The notes beneath the pieces are model-generated. The model was not told the DNA's origin, made no database searches, and was given only the letters and a program-made list of their open reading frames with translations. From NCBI GenBank assembly GCA_028599125.1, contig JAQRMX010000004.1, positions 891-64,890 on the forward strand: a DNA stretch of 64,000 nt, in the 5' to 3' direction. The position numbers were made by a program, and so were the translations under genes. Numbering within the stretch: position 1 is the first letter of the stretch; each line of letters opens with the position of its first letter. Positions 31,918 to 40,759 of the stretch are shown here, one piece after another. This stretch comes from Alphaproteobacteria bacterium (GTDB taxonomy: Bacteria > Pseudomonadota > Alphaproteobacteria > Rhizobiales > NORP267).

Positions 31918-34900
31918 TCAGGCTTTCCGGACAAGTGGCTCAAGTGCCGCATCTTCGACGTCCCTGAACTCCATAATGGAAAGTTGCGCCGTCCAGATAA
32001 AGAACAAACGTACACGCAGGTGGGGAAATAGGCGCGAAACAATAGCACGATATACCTCTGCTTGCTTCAGATAGGAAGCCGGTATTTTTTCCACAGACGT
32101 TGGGACGTGTTTATCCGTCTTAAACTCCGCAATCAGAATCTCCTCTCCACATCGGGCAAGGCGATCTATACGATAATATTTACGCCCCTCTCCTGCAAAG
32201 ACCTCAACTTCCGTAAAACTTTCATGAGAAAAGAAGGCCGCAAAGCGAGGGTCATCAATCACAGCCATAGCTTCAAACGCAAATAAACGGTGCTGTGCAC
32301 TTGTCAGTTCAGGAATATAGGCCCCTGCATAACGTAAAGAAAACGCCAGACGGTCTCCTTCAGGAAGGTCAGGAAGATAATGCAGAAGGTAATGAATAAA
32401 AATTCCGCGCTTGCAAACGCGCGGCGCTGAAACAGGCATTGATCCCGTCGTTTCCGGAGCAATCTTTTCCATCCATAAAGGAAGACTCGCATCAGGCACT
32501 TCCGGCACTTCCGGCTCCCGCTCTCCCTTACTGAAATGAGAGACAGGAAGCACCCCGTAACGCCACAGCTCTCCCTCCTCTCCGCTGCTCTTGTCAACAG
32601 GATAGCCAAGCTCCCTGACTACACGAGAAATTTGCGCATACCAGCTCCGTTCCGGCGGGCAACGGCGTCTCCCGCTCAACAGACCGCAGACATAAAGCCG
32701 GTCACGCGCGCGCGTCATCGCCACATAGAGTAAACGCTGATATTCCGCATCTCTTGACGCATCATCGCGTTGAAGCGCTGTCGTAAGACAAGCTGGTTCC
32801 AAAGAATGAAGAGACGGAAGATAAACAAACTCCCCGCCACCTTCACCAAAACCGTCCCTTTGCAAAAATAAGAAAGGAGAGCGCAGGGAACGGCCGGGAA
32901 TATCACAGGAATCCACAAGAATAATCACAGGAGCCTCCAGACCTTTGGCACCGTGGACCGTCATGATGCGGATTTCATCCCGACCTGGCTCCGGGTCTCG
33001 CCTGATATCAACCTTCTGTGCACGTAACCAGTACAGAAAGCCCTGTAAATCAGGGATATGGGAGTCCTCATAAGAAAGAGCACGGGATAAAAATTCATCA
33101 ATCGCCTCTCCGGCTTCTGGCCCAAGTCTTTCAACAAGCGACAAGCGCCCTCCCTCTTCCCCGAGAATATGGCAAAAAAATTCATAAGGTGGAAGCCGTG
33201 TCGCTTTCTTCTGCCATTCATGAAGACGCTTCAACGTCTTCTCAAAAACAGGAGACCCGCTGCAAAAGGATAAAAGAGAAGACCATAAAGACCCCGTCCG
33301 ACCATGTGCAATCGTAAAAAGATCCGCCTCGGACCAACCAAAAAGCGGACTTTTCAGCAAAGCGGCAAGAACAAGGTCATCCTCAGGAAACAAAGCAATA
33401 TCCCCTGCAGCCATCAAGTCCCTGACCGCAATATGCGCGGTCAGAACCAATCTGTCCGCACCGGAAACAGGGAGAGACACCTGATGCAAAGCCGTAATGA
33501 CCGCTTCAAACAAGGCATCCCGCTTCCTCAGTAGAATCAGAAAATCACCAGGACGGAGAAAACGTTCACGACCATCTTCAATAAGGACGCCCTCATGAAG
33601 AAGACCGGAGATCCGTGACGCAATGGACGATGCAAGACGAAACACCGGCGAACCCGAAACCGGATCGAGACCAGAAAGAGAGACAGAATCAGACCCCTCA
33701 TCTGCTCCCTGACTGTCTGACGGGACCATAGCCTCCAAAGGCCACAATTCAACAAGGCCGGGATCAAAAGAACGCACTGTCTCATGCTTCACATGAGAAT
33801 TCGGACATCCCGCCAGCATAGATGCAGAGGAGGCAAAAACAGCATCAACAATCCCCAGAACCGCAGGAACAGAACGAAAAGACAGGCGTAGCGTTAGCCG
33901 TTCCCAGACCTTTCCCGCATGTCTGGTCTGCTCCCCGAAAAAATCCCCCATCCGTATAAATTCTTCAGGAACAGCCCCCTGAAAAGAATAAATCGACTGT
34001 TTTTCGTCACCAACAGCAAAAATGGAGCAAACAGACCCCTCAGCACCCTCCCCGGCAAAAATTTCACTGGTAAGAGCATGAACAATTCGCCATTGCCTGA
34101 AAGACATATCCTGCGCTTCATCAATCAGGATATGATCAATATCCCTATTGAGCCTATAAAGAACCCAGGACGGCTCCCCTCCATCACCACAGAGAAGCGC
34201 AAGCGCCTCATCAATAAGGTCATCATAACTCAGAAGCCCGCACCGGCGTCTTAAAATATCATAGCGGTCATTAAAGACCACACTAAGGCGCAGAAGAGAC
34301 GATGTTAGCGTGAAAATTTCTAGTGCCCGCTCACGCCGGATCAGACCTTCAAGGCGACAGCTTTCGGCACACAACAAATTCGCAAGGTCAATGTGCACCA
34401 CGGATAACGCCTTACTCATCAGCCTCTGACGCAGCGTGTTTTTGTCCGTCAGAAAGAATGTTCGGTAAGCACGATAGCGTTCCTCATTCTCCTTTGTTGC
34501 ACACGCTTGAGCCAGACGCGCTCCCTGGTTCCTATCCGAAGCAACAGACGACGCACACAATAAATCACGCAAAGCTTCCCTCTTTTCCCATAAGGGCGAT
34601 TTAAACCACGAGGTATGCAGCGTTTCGGACGTATCTTCTGGATCCAGATCAAGGCGGAGACGCAGAGATAAAAGCGCTCCATCAAGATCCCCCTCCCTCG
34701 CTATCCATCGCCGCAAAATATGGCGCTTACTCACCACCTCCTGCATCAATTCCGTAAAATTCCTTTCATTCACATAGGCAATCACACAATCAAAAGCCTC
34801 ACAAAGCGCAGGCTGCAAGCAGTCTTCCATAAGAAAATGCTTTTGCACCCGAACAACAAGCTCCAGAAAAGCGCTCTCGTCCATAACCTGAAAATGCGGA

Positions 34901-35346
34901 GGAAGAGCGGCCTCAAAAGCAAATTTACGAAGCAGGCTTTCGCAAAAAGAATGAACCGTTCGTATCCTTAGACCCGGGACCCGCTCAAGCACATCACCAA
35001 GAAGAAAACGGGCAAAATACAGGCGCGCCGCCGTCGGCTCCTGACCATCCAGATCAACAAGATAGGCCCGGAGAACCTCATCACGCGCGCTTGCCCATAA
35101 CCGAAGGTGTGAAAAAACCCGGTTATACATCTCCGCAGCGGCTGCACGAGTAAAGGTAAGACACAGGATCTTGCTAGGATCCGCCCCCGACAAAAGAAGA
35201 CGCAAAACCCGTTGAACGAGAACAAAGGTCTTTCCGGACCCCGCATTCGCACTCACCCATGCCGACAAAGACGGATCTGATGCACGATTCTGCTCAGGCG
35301 TTGCTCCGGGCAAGATCTCCTCCTTCCGGTGCACGCCGTCCTGCAT
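31918..35346 (-). CDS. addA: Double-strand break repair helicase AddA (alphaproteobacterial type)
   Basis: 'ASDPSLSAWVSANAGSGKTFVLVQRV' Walker A, UvrD motifs ('LIDEAQDMS', 'VGDEKQSIYSFQGA', 'IMTVHGAKGLE', 'LLYVAMTRARDRL'), C-terminal nuclease 'AEFKTDK'. Start is uncertain: the ORF track gives 35442; Met 35346 still overlaps addB. Confidence 0.93.
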   Translation of the reverse strand: MQDGVHRKEEILPGATPEQNRASDPSLSAWVSANAGSGKTFVLVQRVLRLLLSGADPSKILCLTFTRAAAAEMYNRVFSHLRLWASARDEVLRAYLVDLDGQEPTAARLYFARFLLGDVLERVPGLRIRTVHSFCESLLRKFAFEAALPPHFQVMDESAFLELVVRVQKHFLMEDCLQPALCEAFDCVIAYVNERNFTELMQEVVSKRHILRRWIAREGDLDGALLSLRLRLDLDPEDTSETLHTSWFKSPLWEKREALRDLLCASSVASDRNQGARLAQACATKENEERYRAYRTFFLTDKNTLRQRLMSKALSVVHIDLANLLCAESCRLEGLIRRERALEIFTLTSSLLRLSVVFNDRYDILRRRCGLLSYDDLIDEALALLCGDGGEPSWVLYRLNRDIDHILIDEAQDMSFRQWRIVHALTSEIFAGEGAEGSVCSIFAVGDEKQSIYSFQGAVPEEFIRMGDFFGEQTRHAGKVWERLTLRLSFRSVPAVLGIVDAVFASSASMLAGCPNSHVKHETVRSFDPGLVELWPLEAMVPSDSQGADEGSDSVSLSGLDPVSGSPVFRLASSIASRISGLLHEGVLIEDGRERFLRPGDFLILLRKRDALFEAVITALHQVSLPVSGADRLVLTAHIAVRDLMAAGDIALFPEDDLVLAALLKSPLFGWSEADLFTIAHGRTGSLWSSLLSFCSGSPVFEKTLKRLHEWQKKATRLPPYEFFCHILGEEGGRLSLVERLGPEAGEAIDEFLSRALSYEDSHIPDLQGFLYWLRAQKVDIRRDPEPGRDEIRIMTVHGAKGLEAPVIILVDSCDIPGRSLRSPFLFLQRDGFGEGGGEFVYLPSLHSLEPACLTTALQRDDASRDAEYQRLLYVAMTRARDRLYVCGLLSGRRRCPPERSWYAQISRVVRELGYPVDKSSGEEGELWRYGVLPVSHFSKGEREPEVPEVPDASLPLWMEKIAPETTGSMPVSAPRVCKRGIFIHYLLHYLPDLPEGDRLAFSLRYAGAYIPELTSAQHRLFAFEAMAVIDDPRFAAFFSHESFTEVEVFAGEGRKYYRIDRLARCGEEILIAEFKTDKHVPTSVEKIPASYLKQAEVYRAIVSRLFPHLRVRLFFIWTAQLSIMEFRDVEDAALEPLVRKA

Positions 35347-38300
35347 TAGCAGCCCATTCCCCAACACGGGAAAGATGGGCATAAGAATCAGAAGAGGCAT
35401 GTGGAGAAAGGGACGCTTCATAAGCCTGCGCTGGACAATCAAAACGCCCGACCCACTCTTTCAGCAATGACAACGCACGGGACGCCAGATCTGCACCAGA
35501 AGCGCTGATTTCAATATATTCACCCGGTGGCATCCCAGCGGAAAGCCTGATATAGCTCAGGGTAACATCCCGTGGGGGCGCAAAATCACCGAAACCACCC
35601 CCTAGTAAAATAGCAGCCATAAGCGGCAATTGAACGGACTTACCCGTCTTTACATCGCTAGAGCTCGGAACCCTACCCGTCTTGTAATCATAAAGAATAA
35701 CGCGGTCCTCATCTACAAAATCAAGACGATCCGTACGTGTCTTTAAAACAAATTTATAGGCACCTTCACCCCAGGAAAGGACACCAGAACGCTCGGTATG
35801 GGACCGCGTCAAAAACCCACGGGAACGTTGAAGTTCAAAACGTACAAACCAGTCAGCAATACGTAAAAAGCGACGCCACCAGAAAAATGTCACGTCCGGA
35901 GACATATCTGCTAAATCGCTGAAGTTCCTGGCCCCTAAAGTAAGCAGGCGCGTTCTCTCTTCCTCAAAAGTTCCCAAAGACGCGCCGGCTGTCTCCACAA
36001 ATGACCCGAGTATCTCATGAATCTTCATCCCCCAGTCTGCTTTGTTCAAGCCGCTGTTTAACAATGGAAGTGGTTCAAGATGAAGGATATGGCGGGCATA
36101 AAAATTATACGGGTTCTGAAGCCAGCCTTCAGCCTGTGTCACAGATACATGACGGGGACGGGCAGACAGGGGCGGACAGGGACAAGGCGGAAAAATTGTC
36201 TGATGATGCCAAGACCCCCTGAGAAATTTCACCTTTTTTTTCCAGGTCTCATCATTTTTCTGCAACCCGGTATCCTGCCCCTGTGATTTCAACGCGGCAT
36301 CAAGATGAAAAAGCCAGCGAGAAGCGACTGTTTGCGTATTCTGTGATCGGAGAGAACGGGTAAGCACAACATCAGGATGGGTAAAGCCCTCAACAAAATC
36401 ATGCGCCGAAAGACCAATCCGCCACTCCAGTGGAAACAGACCCAGGGCCTTTCGTATTGCCGGGTTCAACCAAAGATCGTCTTCCACACGAAAAGGCCAT
36501 ATACCTTCATTTAATCCTCCCATAATGAGTCGATCGGCTGGTAAAAGACGAGCCTCCATAAGACCCCATATCTGCAAATGCCGATGTGTCGCCCTTCTAT
36601 GGTAATAAAGATGTTCATCTGAAAGAAAGGAGGCCAAAACACCAGGATAATCCGCCAGAGAACAAAGCAATGACGTCTCTTTGTCGCGTGAAAGGTGTTT
36701 CAGAAGCTCCAGGATCTCTTTGCACCCCTCGCCTTCCGTCTCGGCATCGACGTCCCCTGTCAAATTAAGAAATAAGGTCTCATGCACCTCTGCAACCTGG
36801 TGTAAGGGAGGACAAAGAGTTCTGGAAAGGGATGAAAAACAGGAAAGGCAAAGCTCCAGCTGGTCAATCAGCAGCCCAGCCTCCCGGATAGCATCTTTCC
36901 GGCTTTCACTATGGATTGCTCTCAGAGCAGACCGTAACCCCGCAATCCCCGTCATTGGTGAAGCACCCCGAAAAATAAGCTTTTCCAGAATTCGGGCCCG
37001 TTCACCCGCCCAACCAGGAGGCTTACCAAGACGGCAAAGAGCATGTTTAAGAACAGGAAGAAGAGAAAGAGGAGACAAGTGACCGGTCAAAAGCTCGGCG
37101 CTCAAACGTGCAAAATGTCCGAAAAGTGTCTGTGATAAGGGCAGGCCCGCAGAATCAAGCGGAACAATCCCCCAGCGCGATAATTCCGAGACAACACGAC
37201 GAACAAGGGAGCGACACGGCGTAATCAGGGCAAGACGGCGACCGGGCTCTTCAGCCGCCTCCCGCATCATCAAGGCAATAATCAGCGCTTCTTCTTGCTC
37301 ATCAGCAGCCTCAATGTAAGTCACCCCCTCATAAACACGAGTATAAACAGACTCTCCGGAAGCCACAGCCGGTGACGCTGTCTCAGGAGCCTTATCTGAA
37401 GGCAGTGATAAAAAATCAAAAGCAGACACAGGAGAAAAAGAGCGAAAAAATCCATGGCCCGCAAGACGGCGACGCGCAAGGCAAGGCGCAGACGGCACCG
37501 GACCGATATCCTCTACATCCAGACGGGACTTCCCTAAAAAACGTAACAGACGCGCCAGACCATACTGAGGATGACCGTAAGCCTCTTTTCCTTCTCTGGT
37601 AAGGAACATCCAGCTCTTTTCATCCATATCCAGATCAAGACCACGCAAAATGACCGCCCCCTGCGGAGACGCCGCAACTTCACTGAGAAAGCGGGCCGTG
37701 GAAGAGGAGGAGCCACGGGAACCCGCAACAATTACAGGAGCAGACGTACCGGAAACATGGAAAGCCGGAGCAGACAGCTCAGTCAGAGCATCACAGAATG
37801 AAGAGGACAGACGTGCGTGCCGACGGGATAAAATTCGGGGCCAGTTTTCTGTCAGAATCTTCAAAAAATCCGCAACATCCTGACAATGATGCGCCTGATG
37901 CTCAAGATAAAGCGGCGCCAGAGAGGAAAATTCAACACCCTCCTCCTCGGCAGACTCCATAAGACAGGCAAGATCCGTCGCAAGACGGGCCACATGATCC
38001 AGAGATGTGAAAGAAAATCCGCCTGGAAGAGACCCTGGAAACACACGCACACCGGAAGAAGAACATTCCGTAATCAGCTCCATCAAAAGCAGTTTCCGTT
38101 CCATAAAGCCAAGGGCAGGAACAGACGCAGGACGGGAGGAAAAGACAAGCTCATTAAGGGAATAAATACGAGGCAGAAAAAAAGACGTGGACGCGAAACG
38201 AACTGACAATTCTTTACGAAAAACATGGCACGAACGCCGAGTAGGTAAATAAACACGCAAACGAAGAAGAGAGAAAGGATCAGCAGTATCAAAAAGACTC

Positions 38301-38404
38301 TCCCCAAAGCGGCCCTCAAAAAGCGCATCAATCAGGCTACTTAGAAAGGGAACGCCTGATCCGATAGTAAAAAGACCGGAACGGAAAGAACGTGCAGACC
38401 CCAT
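35294..38404 (-). CDS. addB: Double-strand break repair protein AddB (alphaproteobacterial type)
   Basis: 1036 aa directly upstream of addA. C-terminal PD-(D/E)xK nuclease 'RVILYDYKTGRVPS' and 'VQLPLMAAIL'. Otherwise divergent. Confidence 0.85.
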   Translation of the reverse strand: MGSARSFRSGLFTIGSGVPFLSSLIDALFEGRFGESLFDTADPFSLLRLRVYLPTRRSCHVFRKELSVRFASTSFFLPRIYSLNELVFSSRPASVPALGFMERKLLLMELITECSSSGVRVFPGSLPGGFSFTSLDHVARLATDLACLMESAEEEGVEFSSLAPLYLEHQAHHCQDVADFLKILTENWPRILSRRHARLSSSFCDALTELSAPAFHVSGTSAPVIVAGSRGSSSSTARFLSEVAASPQGAVILRGLDLDMDEKSWMFLTREGKEAYGHPQYGLARLLRFLGKSRLDVEDIGPVPSAPCLARRRLAGHGFFRSFSPVSAFDFLSLPSDKAPETASPAVASGESVYTRVYEGVTYIEAADEQEEALIIALMMREAAEEPGRRLALITPCRSLVRRVVSELSRWGIVPLDSAGLPLSQTLFGHFARLSAELLTGHLSPLSLLPVLKHALCRLGKPPGWAGERARILEKLIFRGASPMTGIAGLRSALRAIHSESRKDAIREAGLLIDQLELCLSCFSSLSRTLCPPLHQVAEVHETLFLNLTGDVDAETEGEGCKEILELLKHLSRDKETSLLCSLADYPGVLASFLSDEHLYYHRRATHRHLQIWGLMEARLLPADRLIMGGLNEGIWPFRVEDDLWLNPAIRKALGLFPLEWRIGLSAHDFVEGFTHPDVVLTRSLRSQNTQTVASRWLFHLDAALKSQGQDTGLQKNDETWKKKVKFLRGSWHHQTIFPPCPCPPLSARPRHVSVTQAEGWLQNPYNFYARHILHLEPLPLLNSGLNKADWGMKIHEILGSFVETAGASLGTFEEERTRLLTLGARNFSDLADMSPDVTFFWWRRFLRIADWFVRFELQRSRGFLTRSHTERSGVLSWGEGAYKFVLKTRTDRLDFVDEDRVILYDYKTGRVPSSSDVKTGKSVQLPLMAAILLGGGFGDFAPPRDVTLSYIRLSAGMPPGEYIEISASGADLASRALSLLKEWVGRFDCPAQAYEASLSPHASSDSYAHLSRVGEWAANAGRRAPEGGDLARSNA

Positions 38405-38423
38405 TACAGTTCTCTTTCCCTCA

Positions 38424-39197
38424 TTAACGCTTCATTTGGCTTTTTTCCGCAGACAGAGAATGCCCGGGCTGGACAATAGGTGAGGCAAGATAGGCAGACG
38501 CAAAGTCTAGCCCCTCCGGTGTCCCGACATGAAGACAAATTCCCTCATTTAGATAACCAAAAAGGCGACCACGCGTCAACATGTGATCAAACAGAAGATT
38601 AAGGGAAAAAGCACCAGAGGGCGCCACCGAAAACAGCCGCGGATGAACGATACCGACACCCATATAAACCGGAGAAAACGAATCATCCTCCCTCCGGCGC
38701 CGCACACGGCCATCCTTTTGTAAAATAAAATCACCAAGACCGCTATAACCTCTTATGTCTTCAGGAGGGGATAACAAGATCACCATATCCATCCGCAACG
38801 AGTCCCAGAAATCAGAAAGGCGTCGAAGGGCGTGGACAGGGCTTTTCTCAATCCAGAGAACATCAGAATTCAGGATAAAAAAGGGAGAAGAACCAAGAAA
38901 AGGCAAAGCTTTTAACAGGCCTCCGCCAGTATCGAGACACTCTGGACGTTCATCCGAAATGAAAAGCTGCGGATAGCGCCTTTGCGATAAATGGGCACAT
39001 ATCTGGTCTGCAAGATAATGCACATTCACAACCACCTGAGGCACGTCCATTTCAACAAGACGGTCAAGAGAATAGTCAATCAGGCTTTTTCCGCAAAGCC
39101 TGATGAGTGGCTTAGGAACTGACTTAGTCAAAGGGTGCATACGCGTCCCCCGACCCGCTGCAAAAACCATCCCGGTGCGCGGCACAGGGGCTATCAT
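38424..39197 (-). CDS. Sugar-phosphate nucleotidyltransferase, MurU-like (N-acetylmuramate 1-phosphate uridylyltransferase family)
   Basis: 'VFAAGRGTRMHPLTKSVPKPLIRLCGKSLIDYSL' is the nucleotidyltransferase G-rich loop. Conserved position between the AmgK-like kinase and addB. Confidence 0.8.
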   Translation of the reverse strand: MIAPVPRTGMVFAAGRGTRMHPLTKSVPKPLIRLCGKSLIDYSLDRLVEMDVPQVVVNVHYLADQICAHLSQRRYPQLFISDERPECLDTGGGLLKALPFLGSSPFFILNSDVLWIEKSPVHALRRLSDFWDSLRMDMVILLSPPEDIRGYSGLGDFILQKDGRVRRRREDDSFSPVYMGVGIVHPRLFSVAPSGAFSLNLLFDHMLTRGRLFGYLNEGICLHVGTPEGLDFASAYLASPIVQPGHSLSAEKSQMKR

Positions 39198-40759
39198 TTT
39201 CTGCCTCCTGATGCCAGAGAGACTGGATCAAACACCATCGGCAAATGCGTTTCAAACCACGACCGCAGGGGAAAGAGTGCTTCACACGCGAAATTACGAC
39301 CCAGATAGGCCCCCACACGCGGAAGATGACGCAGATAGGCTTTCCTGCCATCACGTTCAGAAAGACGAACAAACAGGCCCAGCAATTTGCAATTCCGCTG
39401 CGCACCAAGACATGCATAGGCCGTCAAAAAATCCTTTCGCTGAGGAGCGGTAAACGAACCCAGAGACAGGTAATAAAAAAGAAGATTCTCCTCTACAGAG
39501 GCTGGAATATCTACACGCGCATCCTGCAAAAGTGAAACAAGATCATAAGCCGGATGGGACAGGACAGCATCCTGAAAATCAATCAAACCCACTCTTTTCA
39601 CACCTTCACACCCCTCCTGCCACAACAGATTGGGAGAATGAAAATCACGCAAGGCCAGCGTAAGGGGGCCCTCTTGAAAAAGGGAAAGGAGAGACTCCCA
39701 CACCTCACTGAAAGCCGCACAAGCCGAGGCCGTTAAGGGAGCCCCGGAAAATGTCAGAGGAAACCAGGAAAGCGTCAATTCCGCTTCCGTCAGCAACGCC
39801 GAACGGTTAAAAACAGGAAGCTGGTAATCATCACCTTCTTCAACATCATGAGCTGAACCGGTATGTAACCGCCAGTCCCGGGTTGCCATTTCCGCAAGTA
39901 GCTCAACACAGGTGCGGTAGCGCCCAACAATCGGCTCACCGGTCGCAGAGTCAACAATACCCTCAGATCCCAGATCTTCAACAAGAAGGAGAAAATTATC
40001 ATGGTCCACAGATAAAATCTCCGGCGCGAAAAAACCCTCCCGGCGCAATAACTGATTAACAGCGATAAAAGAACGAACCCCCGTGCCAAGATGCACACGC
40101 GCCGCATAATCTTGCACCGCAAGCTCCTGAGGAGATGGCATCTCTGATGCTCCAGGGACATCCATCAGGACAGCACGGTGCCCTTGATTTTCCAGCCGGA
40201 AAAAATTACGCGTCGAGGCATCACCCTGCAAATGGACACAAGACGCGCGCCCCCACCCACTTTTGTCAAGAAAGAGATTAATCTCCTCAAAGCGCTCCAA
40301 CCTCTGTTCCCATTCATCTCTCTCACCAGTGAAAATAAAAGACCGCTCATCAGAAGTCTTCCCGGAAGATATACAAATATCAAGACGGGACTCCGGCAAT
40401 AAGTGAGATACAAGACGGGAAGGCCATTCAATTAGGACCAGACAGGAAAGAAGTGCTTCGTACCATCCCAGCTCTTCAAGTTCTGAGGGGTCATTGATAC
40501 GATAAAAATCAAAATGCGCAACCTTTATGCCGGGGAATTCATAAAACTGGACAATCGGAAATGTAGGGCTGGTCACCTCAATCATCTCCCCGGAGGGTGA
40601 AAGACTGTTAATCAGGGCCCGTGCAAACGTTGTCTTTCCAGCCCCAAGTTCCCCAGAAAGGGATACCACATCGCCCGAACGTAAAATGGACGCAAACCCC
40701 CGCGCAAGATCAATACCACCCTCCTGAGTCAAAATAAAATTACGCAGACAGAATGTCAT
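39194..40759 (-). CDS. tsaE: Bifunctional TsaE (t6A ATPase) / aminoglycoside-phosphotransferase-like (AmgK-type) kinase fusion
   Basis: N-terminal part: 'GDVVSLSGELGAGKTTFARALI', 'TSPTFPIV', 'HFDFYRI', 'LIEWP' (TsaE). C-terminal part: 'LQGDASTRNFFRL', 'RDFHSPNLLW', 'LIDFQDA' (APH/AmgK-type kinase). One uninterrupted 521-codon frame. Confidence 0.85.
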   Translation of the reverse strand: MTFCLRNFILTQEGGIDLARGFASILRSGDVVSLSGELGAGKTTFARALINSLSPSGEMIEVTSPTFPIVQFYEFPGIKVAHFDFYRINDPSELEELGWYEALLSCLVLIEWPSRLVSHLLPESRLDICISSGKTSDERSFIFTGERDEWEQRLERFEEINLFLDKSGWGRASCVHLQGDASTRNFFRLENQGHRAVLMDVPGASEMPSPQELAVQDYAARVHLGTGVRSFIAVNQLLRREGFFAPEILSVDHDNFLLLVEDLGSEGIVDSATGEPIVGRYRTCVELLAEMATRDWRLHTGSAHDVEEGDDYQLPVFNRSALLTEAELTLSWFPLTFSGAPLTASACAAFSEVWESLLSLFQEGPLTLALRDFHSPNLLWQEGCEGVKRVGLIDFQDAVLSHPAYDLVSLLQDARVDIPASVEENLLFYYLSLGSFTAPQRKDFLTAYACLGAQRNCKLLGLFVRLSERDGRKAYLRHLPRVGAYLGRNFACEALFPLRSWFETHLPMVFDPVSLASGGRK

